Source: Candidatus Moraniibacteriota bacterium (GTDB lineage Bacteria; Patescibacteriota; Minisyncoccia; Moranbacterales; GWC2-37-73). Taken from it: a stretch of DNA of 43,073 nt. Made by a program: the position numbers and the translations under genes. Shown here piece by piece: positions 10,292 to 19,370 of the stretch; the first letter of the stretch is position 1; the number at the start of each line of letters is the position of its first letter. The DNA is taken from positions 94,243-137,315 of the forward strand of contig DNVR01000004.1 of the NCBI GenBank assembly GCA_003507445.1, read 5' to 3'. Under the pieces are notes generated by a model. It made no database searches and was not told where the DNA came from. It saw nothing but the letters and a program-made list of their open reading frames with translations.

Positions 10292-10363
10292 TTGGAGTGC
10301 TAGGATTCGAACCTAGGGATGGCGGTACCAGAAACCGCTGCCTTACCGCTTGGCTACACTCCA
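10292..10363 (-). tRNA. tRNA-Gln(CTG), CCA not encoded
   Basis: Reverse complement: TGGAGTG acceptor stem, GCGGT-TTCTGGT-ACCGC anticodon arm, CTAGG-TTCGAAT-CCTAG T arm, CACTCCA-A. Confidence 0.95.
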
Positions 10364-10488
10364 ATTTAAACACCAAACAAGACTCAGTATATCATTATCA
10401 CTTAAAAAATCAACCCACAGCATTACAAAGCCCCGCCAAAGCGGGGCATTATTGAAAATTGTGGATTGTGAATTGAAAACTGAAACCC

Positions 10489-11400
10489 TTAAACCTTAAG
10501 GTATCTCCTAATCGCAATAACACCGCTTAATGTTCCGAGGAAAATTCCGGAGAGAAGAAGTCCACCGAAAATGATGAAGAAATTTGAAAAATAAAATGTT
10601 ACAATGTCGCCGCCTCCGATGCTGCCTTGCGTGATTGGAGCAAGGAATTTTGAAGTAGCATAAAGACAAATCATCACAACAAAGGCCGAAACCACTCCAT
10701 AAAAAATTCCTTCAAAAACAAACGGCATTTTGATATATGTGTTTGATGCGCCAACGAGTCGCATAATTTCAAATTCCTGTTTGTGAGCATACATCGTAAG
10801 ACGAATCGCATTAAACGTGATGAGCACTCCAATAAAAACAAAGATTATCCCAAGTGTCAGTCCAACTTGCTCAACCAACTTCATTATATTTGTGAGTCGA
10901 TCAATAGCTGTTTTGTTTTCTTCATAATCAATACGACTTATGTCGGTAGAAAAACTGGCATTTGAAATTGCTTTCGTGATGATGTCATATTGATTTGGGT
11001 TTTTTGCTTTCACAACCAAAGCTGCAAGCAATGGGTTTTCCCCGATTTCATCAAGAGCTTGCGTTATTGAAGGATTCTTGTCTCCCAACTTTTTAAATTG
11101 TTCCAACGCTTGGTCTTTTGAAACATATTCAATCGAAGCAATTTCCTGATATCCCACGAGCTTGTCTTTTATTTCTAAAATCCTACTTTCTTCAACATCG
11201 GAATTAAAATACATACTCACATTAATCTTGTCTTGAATGTTTTTAAGCACGATGTTTGCCGTCACTCCCAAAATTATCGTGACACTAATGACATACAGCG
11301 AAATGGCGAGCACACTGACAGTAGCAAAACTAAGCCACCCGTTACGACGAAAGTTATCCAATCCTTCTTTAAATGTTCTCTTAAGTTTTGTAAATTTCAT
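10489..11400 (-). CDS. ftsX: Cell division permease FtsX
   Basis: NFRRNGWLS, YVSKDQAL, ENPL, FNAIRLT...EFEIMRLVGAS...PFVFEG; follows ftsE. Confidence 0.95.
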   Translation of the reverse strand: MKFTKLKRTFKEGLDNFRRNGWLSFATVSVLAISLYVISVTIILGVTANIVLKNIQDKINVSMYFNSDVEESRILEIKDKLVGYQEIASIEYVSKDQALEQFKKLGDKNPSITQALDEIGENPLLAALVVKAKNPNQYDIITKAISNASFSTDISRIDYEENKTAIDRLTNIMKLVEQVGLTLGIIFVFIGVLITFNAIRLTMYAHKQEFEIMRLVGASNTYIKMPFVFEGIFYGVVSAFVVMICLYATSKFLAPITQGSIGGGDIVTFYFSNFFIIFGGLLLSGIFLGTLSGVIAIRRYLKV

Positions 11401-11405
11401 AATAA

Positions 11406-11507
11406 CAGCTTCTTAGGCATTAGCTTCTCAGCTTTTTAGCTTTTAGAAAAAATTAGTTTCTATTTTTGTATTTAACTTTATAACTTTATAACTTTTAACT
11501 TTATGAA
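11406..11507. repeat. Two different repeat arms (TTAGCTT-type and TAACTTTA-type) in the ftsE-ftsX junction
   Basis: 11406-11445 cagcttcttaggcattagcttctcagctttttagc; 11473-11507 taactttataactttataacttttaacttta. Confidence 0.65.
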
Positions 11508-12194
11508 CTATATCGCATATCTTCCTTTCATATGATCTCTGATTACTCTTCCATTATCAAGTGCAATCACTCGACGATTCAATTTATCAACAATATCCTT
11601 GTTGTGAGTTGCAAGAATTATTGTTGTTCCCATACTGTTAATTTTCAAAAGAAGCTGAATGATTTCCCAAGTCGCAACAGGATCAAGATTTCCAGTCGGT
11701 TCATCTGCAATTATGATACGTGGCTTGCGCACCAAAGCCCGAGCCAAACAAATTTTTTGCTGCTCTCCACCAGAAAGTTGACGAGGATATTTATTGGCTT
11801 TGTCTTTCATTCCAACAATTTCCAAAATTTCCGGCACAAGCTCATTGATTTCTTCCTGTGTTTCATCTGAAACTTCCAATGCATAGGCAACATTTTCAAA
11901 AGCTGTTTTTTGTGGAAGCAATTTAAAATCTTGAAAAACTGTTCCGATGTTGCGACGATAATACGGCAAATGTTTACGATTGATTGAATCTATTGGGCGA
12001 TCATTGAAATACACGTGGCCAATAGTAGCCTGTTCTTCAGCATAAATAAGCTTGAGCAATGTTGATTTTCCAGATCCACTGTGACCAACAATCGACAAAA
12101 ATTCTCCGCCTTCAATGACAAGGTTTATTTCTTCCAGTGCGACAAAATTTCCTGGATATGTCTTGGAAACATTTTCAAATTTTAATATTGGCAT
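11508..12194 (-). CDS. ftsE: Cell division ATPase FtsE
   Basis: [39 protein letters not shown]; likely ATG at 12194. Confidence 0.95.
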   Translation of the reverse strand: MPILKFENVSKTYPGNFVALEEINLVIEGGEFLSIVGHSGSGKSTLLKLIYAEEQATIGHVYFNDRPIDSINRKHLPYYRRNIGTVFQDFKLLPQKTAFENVAYALEVSDETQEEINELVPEILEIVGMKDKANKYPRQLSGGEQQKICLARALVRKPRIIIADEPTGNLDPVATWEIIQLLLKINSMGTTIILATHNKDIVDKLNRRVIALDNGRVIRDHMKGRYAI

Positions 12195-12286
12195 ATGCGA
12201 ATTTGCACACACGAATTAAATTCAAATTAAATCCGAATGCACTTTTGTTTTTTTACTTTTATATTATATCACACAAATTGCAACTT

Positions 12287-12374
12287 TGTCATCCTGAACT
12301 TGTTTCAGGATCTATCATAAGCAGGAAGTGTAGTGTTTTAAAGCTCGGGATTCCGGATCAAGTCCGGAATGACA
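12287..12374. repeat. Paired GTCAT-type REP-like palindromes (intergenic)
   Basis: tgtcatcctgaacttgtttcaggatct ... gggattccggatcaagtccggaatgaca. Confidence 0.8.
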
Positions 12375-12382
12375 TAGGTTAA

Positions 12383-13484
12383 TTAATTTTTTTCGCTAGC
12401 TTGCCAACGCAGAAAACTTTCCATAAATCCTTGCAGTTCTCCTTCAAGCACTTTTTCCGCATCAGAAGTTTCAAATTTTGTGCGATGATCCTTAACCATT
12501 TTGTAAGGATGAATCACGTATGAACGAATCTGGCTTCCCCACTCAGCACTTTTATATTCGCCTCGCAATTTTTCTTTTTCCGCTTTTTGCTCTTCCAAAT
12601 ATCGCTGATGAATTCTGGCTTTCAAAACTTTCATCGCCTGCTCTTTGTTTTGAAGTTGAGAACGCTCACTCTGACAAGTAACAACGATTCCTGTTGGTGT
12701 ATGCGTGATGCGCACCGCACTGTCGGTCGTGTTCACGTGTTGTCCGCCAGCACCTGAGGCGCGATATGTGTCAATCACAAGATCCTGTGTATTGATAATC
12801 ACTTCAGCAATCTCTTCAATTACCGGCAAAATTTCCACAATCGCAAACGATGTCTGACGCAAATTGTCAGAATTGAAAGGAGAAAGCCTCACCAACCTAT
12901 GCACTCCAGCTTCACTTTGCAAATACCCATATGCATACGGACCTGTTATTTCGATTGTCGCACTTTTGATCCCAGCTTCTGCTCCACGCGTTTCTTCCAC
13001 CATCACAGCTTTGAAACCATTTTTTTCTGACCATTTAAGATACATTCTTTCGAGCATTTGCGCCCAATCTTGTGCATCAACGCCACCAGCACCACTGCGA
13101 ATCGCCAAGATCACATCGTTTTTATCATACTCCCCGCCTAGCAATGATTTAAATTCCAGCGCATCAAATTCTTTTTCGAGTTCCAAAAATTGTTTTTCAA
13201 CTTCTTGCTTTTCTTCACTTTCGCCATCCGCAAAAAGACCAATGAGTTCAATGAGCTCTGTAACTTTTTTTTCAATATTTTCAAGTCCGAGAACTTCGTT
13301 TTTCAAAAGCTCAAATTCCTGTGAAATTTTTGCCGCTTTTTGATTGTCATTCCAAAAACCAACCTCTGTGGTTTTCTTTTCTAATTTAATGATTTTTTGA
13401 GCTTTATTAGCAACGTCAAAGATAGTCCCGCAAAAGCGGGAGTTTATTTTTTATTTCGGATAACTTGTCCAGAATTTCTTTCAT
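12383..13484 (-). CDS. prfB: Peptide chain release factor 2 with programmed +1 frameshift
   Basis: GGQ and SPF motifs. A 22-codon first frame MKEILDKLSEIKNKLPLLRDYL ends at CTT TGA C (13421-13415); the +1 frame is continuous with ORF 12383..13306. Confidence 0.96.
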
Positions 13485-13490
13485 ATAAAT

Positions 13491-14011
13491 TACTGATAAA
13501 AAAACGGATTAATTACGGATATTCACGGATCACGGATTGCGAATTTATTTCTAGCTTAGTTATAAACGATTTGCGATCATTTGTACATATCGATCGTTTA
13601 ATTTCTAATTCTTTTGTGCCAAAATTAACAAGGTAGCTAATTTCATACTTACTCGCCTTTAAATAAGATCTTTGCTGATTCATATCTCCTATCCGCGTAA
13701 AATCAGTCGCCTTAATTTCTACTATTATTTTATCACCAACAACAAAATCTGGCACATATGTTCCTAATTTTTTTCCAGTTTCAACAGAAAATATATCTAT
13801 TCTTTTCTGACCCTGAAAATCTACTCCCACTTTTTCAAATTCTTCTTCTAAAGCTTTTTGATAAATGCTTTCTTTTAATCCCTTGCCATACTTATTTGCA
13901 ACACCATAAAAACATCCTCGCACTTTATATGATAACTCCTCTTCTAATAACTTATTTGTCATAACATTTTCATGATCAGTACAAATCCGTTTAAGATCCG
14001 TTAAAATCAGT
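13491..14011 (-). mobile_element. Putative repeat-armed cassette carrying the GxxExxY gene
   Basis: Inverted ACGGAT/ATCCGT arrays at 13491-13544 and 13969-14011; gene-less twin at 32695-32818. Mobility is inferred. Confidence 0.65.
13513..13962 (-). CDS. GxxExxY protein, PD-(D/E)XK nuclease-like
   Basis: GKGLKESIY (GxxExxY), PDFVVGDKIIVEIKA, LVNFG; probable ATG at 13962. Confidence 0.92.
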   Translation of the reverse strand: MTNKLLEEELSYKVRGCFYGVANKYGKGLKESIYQKALEEEFEKVGVDFQGQKRIDIFSVETGKKLGTYVPDFVVGDKIIVEIKATDFTRIGDMNQQRSYLKASKYEISYLVNFGTKELEIKRSICTNDRKSFITKLEINSQSVIREYP

Positions 14012-14020
14012 CTTTTGATT

Positions 14021-14764
14021 TTAGCCAAAAATCAAAAGGAGATACATAATACCGATACCGGCGATAATAAACAAGAGCTGCAAAAATGAATGTGAAATTT
14101 TTGTTGATTTGTGAAGTTCAGGAATAATATCGGCGCTAGCCACATAAATAAAACCACCAGCTGCAAATGGAATAAGATAATAAGTTAAATCAGCAAAATT
14201 TTGACCAACGACCAAAACTATCAGTGCTCCAAAAATAGCCACGATTCCTGCCAAAAAATTATACCAAAGGGCTTTTATTTTTGAAAAACCACCATATAGC
14301 ATTGATGCAAAATCACCAATCTCATGAGGAATTTCATGAAAAATAACTGCCAAAGTTGTGGCGATTCCAATTGGAATGCTAACCATATAACTTGCAGCGA
14401 TTATCATCCCATCAATAAAATTATGCGCGCCATCTCCAATCAAGATCACATAAGAAAAAGCAGAATTATGCTCAGTGCAATCAATATCGTGACAATGATG
14501 CCAATGAATAAATTTTTCTAGCACAAAAAAAGCTAACATTCCAGCTAAAATTGAAAATGAAATTCCAACACTTCCGCCAGCCTTATACGCCTCCGGAATC
14601 AAATGCAAAAAAGCATCGCCCAAAAGAGTTCCGCCAGCAAAGGCCACTGCCCAAATCAAAAACTTTTTAATTTTTTCTTCGCCAAACGGAAAAGCCGCCA
14701 ATCCCAAGAGAGAGAGCAAGCTGACAATCAAAACACTTACTATTGTATAAACCCAAACAGACAT
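14021..14764 (-). CDS. ZIP family zinc/metal transporter
   Basis: LLGDAFLHLIPE, HWHHCH loop, DGAHNFIDG, FHEIPHEIGDF. Confidence 0.95.
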   Translation of the reverse strand: MSVWVYTIVSVLIVSLLSLLGLAAFPFGEEKIKKFLIWAVAFAGGTLLGDAFLHLIPEAYKAGGSVGISFSILAGMLAFFVLEKFIHWHHCHDIDCTEHNSAFSYVILIGDGAHNFIDGMIIAASYMVSIPIGIATTLAVIFHEIPHEIGDFASMLYGGFSKIKALWYNFLAGIVAIFGALIVLVVGQNFADLTYYLIPFAAGGFIYVASADIIPELHKSTKISHSFLQLLFIIAGIGIMYLLLIFG

Positions 14765-14926
14765 AAAATTTCTAATTACTAATATCTAATTTCTAACAAA
14801 ATTTCCAATTCTCAATTTACAATTTTCATTTAATTTTCGATGTTTTAATTTTCAAACCAAAATTTGGATTTAGTCATTGTATCATTGAGATTTTATTGGA
14901 AATTGGGATTTGGAAATTGGAAATTC
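14765..14926. repeat. Inverted AATTTCY heptamer arrays (gene-less element)
   Basis: aatttctaattactaatatctaatttctaa ... ttggaaattgggatttggaaattggaaatt fills the whole stop-to-start interval. Confidence 0.8.
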
Positions 14927-15448
14927 CTAATTAAGGTAATCCTTAATTAGGCTGATATGATCCTGTTCAACTTGATTGAGTGCAGTAAACATTATTTTCA
15001 CGTGCTTTTCTGTCGCCTCTTTGGCAAATTTTGCATACAGTTCTGCAGCGTGATCTTCTAATTCAAGAGTTTTTTGGAAATTTGCAATATCATCATCACT
15101 GCATTCTTTCGTCACAGCTTCCGGCATTGGAATTTGCATAATCTTGGTGCAAATAATCGCATGCTCCATTTCAACTTTGGCCAAACGTTTATACATCTTC
15201 ATTATTTCATATGAATCCGTTTTTGCTGCCATACATAAATAAATCGCATTGGCATCCAATTCCAATTGCAAAGTTTCCTGCAAATTTTTCACTGTAAGCT
15301 CAGAAAGTGTTTCTTTCACTTCAACCACTGGTTTTGCATCTTTTCCCTCTCTAATAAAAGCAGCGCGCGCTCCACAAAAAGGACAATTGGTTGGCTTGCC
15401 TTCTCCAATATAAGCATCTCCACAAATTTCACAGATATAAGTTTTCAT
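14927..15448 (-). CDS. Rubrerythrin-like protein (N-terminal rubredoxin-type CxxC...CxxC plus ferritin-like domain)
   Basis: CEICG...CPFCG; two ExxH motifs (EMEH, EQDH). Confidence 0.88.
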   Translation of the reverse strand: MKTYICEICGDAYIGEGKPTNCPFCGARAAFIREGKDAKPVVEVKETLSELTVKNLQETLQLELDANAIYLCMAAKTDSYEIMKMYKRLAKVEMEHAIICTKIMQIPMPEAVTKECSDDDIANFQKTLELEDHAAELYAKFAKEATEKHVKIMFTALNQVEQDHISLIKDYLN

Positions 15449-15506
15449 TTTGGTTATGTATTAAGTATTTAGTAGAATGTATAATGTATAAATGCAAATT
15501 AGGCGG

Positions 15507-15579
15507 AGCCGATGGCCGGAATCGAACCGGCTACCTATACGTTACGAGTGTATTGCTCTACCAAGTGAGCTACATCGGC
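15507..15579 (-). tRNA. tRNA-Thr(CGT), complete CCA not encoded
   Basis: Reverse complement: GCCGATG acceptor stem, anticodon loop CT-CGT-AA, GCCGG-TTCGATT-CCGGC T arm, CATCGGC-T. Confidence 0.93.
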
Positions 15580-15592
15580 AAAAGTAAATCAA

Positions 15593-15742
15593 AGAATAAA
15601 ATTTTTCAAGAAATTACTGTTTGAGAGCCTTTATTTTTTCTAAAATTTTTTGTCCCTTGCGCGGTATACGCGTGTGACCACAAAAAATTTTAGCTAAAAA
15701 ATAAAGAGTTCGAGTTTAATTTCGCAGAAAAATTTTCATTCT
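15593..15742. repeat. Long imperfect hairpin element, family A (copy 1)
   Basis: 150-bp palindrome; core CTTTRTTTTYT-CTAAAATTTT...AAAATTTTAG-YT-ARAAAAYAAAG shared with 31090-31248. Confidence 0.75.
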
Positions 15743-15760
15743 TTGATTTATATAATACCT

Positions 15761-16663
15761 TTATTGAGCCTTTTTGACAAGCTTGGACAGATTTTCATCC
15801 ACTTTATTTTGGATGTCAGCAATAACCTGCTTATTTTTGTCAGCGAACAGATGTTTGAAACGACCTTGAACTTTCAAAAATTCTTCGATTGGTTTGGGAT
15901 TTTTTACTACATTGTTAATTGTATATTTTCCATCCTCAATTTCATACAAAGGCCAAAAATTTGTTTCGGTGGCAAGTTTTCCAACGGCGACATATTCCGA
16001 AGTTGGAAATTTCCAAAGTTGCGTGCAAGGTTGCAAAACCAAAAGAAAAGAGGGACCCGTTGTTTCCAAAGCCTTTTTGGCTTTCATTTTCAAATCATTA
16101 ACATATGCCACATTTGATTGAGCAAGATATTTAATATGATGCGCGTTTACAATTTCCATCAAATCTTTTCTTTGCTGCGCTTTTCCAAAAGAAGCAACGC
16201 CTGCTGGTGCAGTTTCAGTGTTGGCGCCATATGGTGTGCCACCAGATCTTTGTCCTCCCGTGTTCATATATCCTTCATTGTCATAACACACATACAAAAA
16301 ATCATGCCCTCGCTCGAGTGCTCCGGAAAGAGCTTGCAGCCCAATGTCATATGTTCCACCGTCGCCACCAAAAACCACAACCTTTGCCTTCTTTTTTATT
16401 TTTCCACTTTTCATCAAAGCTTTTTGAGCAGCATCAATCCCGGCTGCAGTAGCTGCGGCATTTCCAAACACGCTGTGAACATATGGGACTTTCCAAGCAG
16501 TGTATGGATATATTGTGGTTGTCACTTCAAGACATCCCGTCGCATTAGCCACAATTACTGGCTCATCTGTTGCGCCCAAAACATGACGCACAATCGCAGG
16601 AATTCCACATCCCTGACAAGTCGCATGCCCAGATGATAATTTTTTTGTAAGTTCTTTATTCAT
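15761..16663 (-). CDS. porB: Pyruvate:ferredoxin oxidoreductase beta subunit
   Basis: GHATCQGCG, NATGCLEV, TPP motif GGDGG...YDNEGYMNTGGQRS. Confidence 0.93.
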   Translation of the reverse strand: MNKELTKKLSSGHATCQGCGIPAIVRHVLGATDEPVIVANATGCLEVTTTIYPYTAWKVPYVHSVFGNAAATAAGIDAAQKALMKSGKIKKKAKVVVFGGDGGTYDIGLQALSGALERGHDFLYVCYDNEGYMNTGGQRSGGTPYGANTETAPAGVASFGKAQQRKDLMEIVNAHHIKYLAQSNVAYVNDLKMKAKKALETTGPSFLLVLQPCTQLWKFPTSEYVAVGKLATETNFWPLYEIEDGKYTINNVVKNPKPIEEFLKVQGRFKHLFADKNKQVIADIQNKVDENLSKLVKKAQ

Positions 16664-16665
16664 AA

Positions 16666-16789
16666 AACTAAATTTCAATTTTAAGTTTTAAATTTTAAGT
16701 TTTAAATCAATAACAAATGTCTTAATTTAAAATTTATTCAATTAAAATTCATTTCAAATTTATAATTTAAAATTTAAAATTCAATAAAA
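16666..16789. repeat. Inverted TTTTAAR/TTTAAAA heptamer arrays (gene-less element)
   Basis: Fills the porA stop to porB start interval. Confidence 0.75.
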
Positions 16790-17983
16790 TTAAGTCAAAT
16801 ACTTAATTTTATTATTGATTTCCCCTTCTTCCAAATCTCTAAAAACAGAAACGATGTGGGATTGCATTGTGTCGCGGCCGCCGATGCCATAAACATAACT
16901 AGCGACATCATGCTTGCGAGAGCCGGCACTTTGCATACTGGTTACAATGTCTTGATATAGTGGCGGAAATGATCCAAAAGCCATCGCACGATCAAGCACG
17001 GCGATACTTTTAGTATGCGCCAGCGCAGCGCCAACTTCCTTATACGGAAATGGTCTAAATAAATTTATTTTAAGCAATCCAACTTTTTTACCATCAGCTC
17101 GAAGCTTGTCCACCGCATCTTTGGCAGTTCCAACAGTAGCACCCATCATCACAATCACAAAATCAGCATCCTTGGTTTTATATTCCTCAAAAAGACTGTG
17201 CTTGCGACCTGAAATTTTGCCATATTCAGCACATATTTTCTTATACAAAGTCTTCACTTTTAGAAAGGCTTTTTCTTGATCTATTTTAAAGTCAAAATAA
17301 GTGTTCTGTAGAGCCAAAGTTCCAATGGTTATGGGATTTTTTTGATCCACCAAGGCATTTTCTGGCTTGAATTGTCCGACAAAACTCTGGATAATTTCAT
17401 CCCCAAGCACCTCCACACGCTCTGTGGTGTGCGAGGTGTGGAATCCATCCATAATAGGCATAACTGGCACCCCTGCCATTTCGGCCAACCTGAGGGCAAT
17501 TATCGTGTTATCATAGGCATCCTGAGCCTGCTCGCCGAAGATCTGCACCCATCCAAGGTCGCGAATTGCCATCACATCTCCATGCTCGCCGTGAATATTA
17601 AGCGGTGCGGAAAGCGCCCGAGAACTTACACACATCACAATCGGAAGTCCCAGACCACTAACAACTGGCAAGGTTTCTGCCATATGCAAAAGTCCTTGAG
17701 AACTGGAAGCGGTAACCGCTCGAGCTCCAGCGCTGCAAGCTCCAATTGTTGCGCTCATTGCAGAATGTTCAGATTCAACTTGAATAATTTCAGTATCCAC
17801 CAAACCATCAGCCTTAAACTTGGCATACGTTTCAATGATCGTTGTCTGAGGCGTGATTGGATACACAGCCATCACATCCGGATGAATTTGACGCAAAGCC
17901 TCCGCCATTGCATAGCCACCATTCAGCGCGAGTACGCGCTTAGTATTTGGTATTTGGTATTTAGTATTTGGTATTTTTTTCAT
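16790..17983 (-). CDS. porA: Pyruvate:ferredoxin oxidoreductase alpha subunit, with repeat-encoded N-terminus
   Basis: YPITPQT, ESEHSA, ASSSQGL, MDGF, LFRPFP, YGIGGRD. N-terminal KIPNTKYQIPNTK is encoded by heptamers. Confidence 0.94.
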   Translation of the reverse strand: MKKIPNTKYQIPNTKRVLALNGGYAMAEALRQIHPDVMAVYPITPQTTIIETYAKFKADGLVDTEIIQVESEHSAMSATIGACSAGARAVTASSSQGLLHMAETLPVVSGLGLPIVMCVSSRALSAPLNIHGEHGDVMAIRDLGWVQIFGEQAQDAYDNTIIALRLAEMAGVPVMPIMDGFHTSHTTERVEVLGDEIIQSFVGQFKPENALVDQKNPITIGTLALQNTYFDFKIDQEKAFLKVKTLYKKICAEYGKISGRKHSLFEEYKTKDADFVIVMMGATVGTAKDAVDKLRADGKKVGLLKINLFRPFPYKEVGAALAHTKSIAVLDRAMAFGSFPPLYQDIVTSMQSAGSRKHDVASYVYGIGGRDTMQSHIVSVFRDLEEGEINNKIKYLT

Positions 17984-18386
17984 TGATTTTTAATTCTCTT
18001 TAAACCATTAAGCAATTTAGCCACTGAAATTGTTTGCAAAGCAATTTTATCAAATTTAACCTTTTCCAGATATCCTATATCGCGAGAAATCAACAATTGA
18101 TTTTGCAGTTCAGTCAATGAACCATGTGCTACGCAATAAAATTGATACTTATCTTTTGAGGTGTTCCTACTAAAACCCTCGGCTATATTAGAAGTTATTG
18201 ATACAGCACACCTCCTCATCTGACTCACTAAGCCGAACATTTCCTCTTTTGGAAATTCCTGAGTTATTTTATAAATCTCCAATACTAATTTATGACCCTC
18301 TCTCCAGGCTTCCAAGTCAGTAAATGATTGTATTTTTGAATTTTTGTATTCCATACTATATACCAAATACTAGATACCAGATACTT
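17941..18386 (-). mobile_element. Putative repeat-armed cassette carrying the four-helix-bundle gene
   Basis: Five TRGTATT units (17941-17975) and five inverted NATACYW units (18352-18386); gene-less twin at 26501-26573. Mobility is inferred. Confidence 0.65.
17980..18354 (-). CDS. Four helix bundle protein (23S rRNA intervening-sequence protein / Avd-like family)
   Basis: FTDLEAW, FPKEEMFGLVSQMRRCAVSITSNIAEGFSR, AHGSLTE; probable ATG at 18354. Confidence 0.94.
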   Translation of the reverse strand: MEYKNSKIQSFTDLEAWREGHKLVLEIYKITQEFPKEEMFGLVSQMRRCAVSITSNIAEGFSRNTSKDKYQFYCVAHGSLTELQNQLLISRDIGYLEKVKFDKIALQTISVAKLLNGLKRIKNQ

Positions 18387-18399
18387 GTTATGAAAAAAT

Positions 18400-18666
18400 T
18401 TATTTTTTCATAACAATTGCTTTGACTGGGCAAACTTGAGCACAAACGCCACAGCCTTTGCAAAAATCATAATCGATGTCAGCTTTTTTCTTCACATCTT
18501 TTTTATTTTTAACCATCTCAATGCAAGCATCAGGACAATAAATCATACAGGTTTCGCAACCAATACATTTATCCTTATCAACCTCGGGCTTTGAATATGC
18601 CCAATCCCCTGTTTTTGGTGACTTTGAAATGTCATGTTTTATAATTCCTCCTTTTTCTAAGCTCAT
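18400..18666 (-). CDS. porD: Pyruvate:ferredoxin oxidoreductase delta subunit (2x[4Fe-4S])
   Basis: KTGDW..P, CIGCETCMIYCP, DYDFCKGCGVCAQVCP. Confidence 0.93.
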   Translation of the reverse strand: MSLEKGGIIKHDISKSPKTGDWAYSKPEVDKDKCIGCETCMIYCPDACIEMVKNKKDVKKKADIDYDFCKGCGVCAQVCPVKAIVMKK

Positions 18667-18727
18667 ACTAATTTTCACTAATTATTAACGAATTTTCACA
18701 AATCACAAATATCCGTCATATAGCTTA

Positions 18728-19300
18728 TTACAATTCATCGTAACCGGCTTGCATCGCGCGTATATTTTTCTCAGTTAAATCCTTGCCGATTTTTTCAGTG
18801 AAAACTTCACGAAAAATTTCGCCAGCAGTTTCCAAATCCACAATTTCAGTAACCTTAATTAAGTGTCCCATCAAAACCATATTAGGATTTGGTTTTCCAA
18901 TAATATCAGCAGAAATCTTGTTGCCATCAATGCAGTGAATTGAACCTTTAAAATGTGGAACTCTTTTCCTAACATCTTCTTTTGAATTTGCCGAATTTAC
19001 AATGAGAATTTCATGCTTGTCCAAATTTCTTGCCACATCCTGAGAATCCATCACAGTTTCATCCAGCACCAAAACAATATCAGGATCAGTCACTGGTTCT
19101 TGCGTTCTGATTTCTTTGTCTGACACACGCAAAAACATTTTGGTTGGCGCGCCAGATCGCTCTGGTCCAAAAAATGGAAAAGCTTTCACAAATTTCCCTT
19201 CACGCACAGCGCTATGCGCAATAAGTTCAGAAGCGGTTTTTGCACCTTGCCCTCCTCGCGCAAAAAAGATTATTTCAAATGTATCTTTATTTAATTTCAT
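18728..19300 (-). CDS. porC: Pyruvate:ferredoxin oxidoreductase gamma subunit
   Basis: RGGQGAKTA, FPFFGPERSGAP, PNMVLMG. Confidence 0.93.
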   Translation of the reverse strand: MKLNKDTFEIIFFARGGQGAKTASELIAHSAVREGKFVKAFPFFGPERSGAPTKMFLRVSDKEIRTQEPVTDPDIVLVLDETVMDSQDVARNLDKHEILIVNSANSKEDVRKRVPHFKGSIHCIDGNKISADIIGKPNPNMVLMGHLIKVTEIVDLETAGEIFREVFTEKIGKDLTEKNIRAMQAGYDEL

Positions 19301-19370
19301 ACTATATTTGTAAATTTTCAATTCTCTAATATAAAATTATTTTATCACACATCAACCTTCACAGCCAGTC

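Noticed and set aside
7872..10363. Prophage or intact integrative element at tRNA-Gln
   Set aside because: There are no integrase or phage genes, and the two foreign ORFs lie outside the 17-bp duplication.
10014..10376. 120-aa ORF over tRNA-Gln
   Set aside because: It overlaps the tRNA and the structured element; treated as a shadow ORF.
12383..13484. prfB as a truncated gene or pseudogene
   Set aside because: The in-frame TGA is the canonical CTT-TGA-C programmed frameshift, and both frames are intact.
13963..14028. N-terminal extension of the GxxExxY ORF from TTG 14028
   Set aside because: It is encoded by the repeat arm and overlaps the ZIP stop; ATG 13962 fits the family length better.
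17980..18354. Diversity-generating retroelement, suggested by the Avd-like protein
   Set aside because: No reverse transcriptase and no TR/VR pair with adenine-specific differences were seen in the window.
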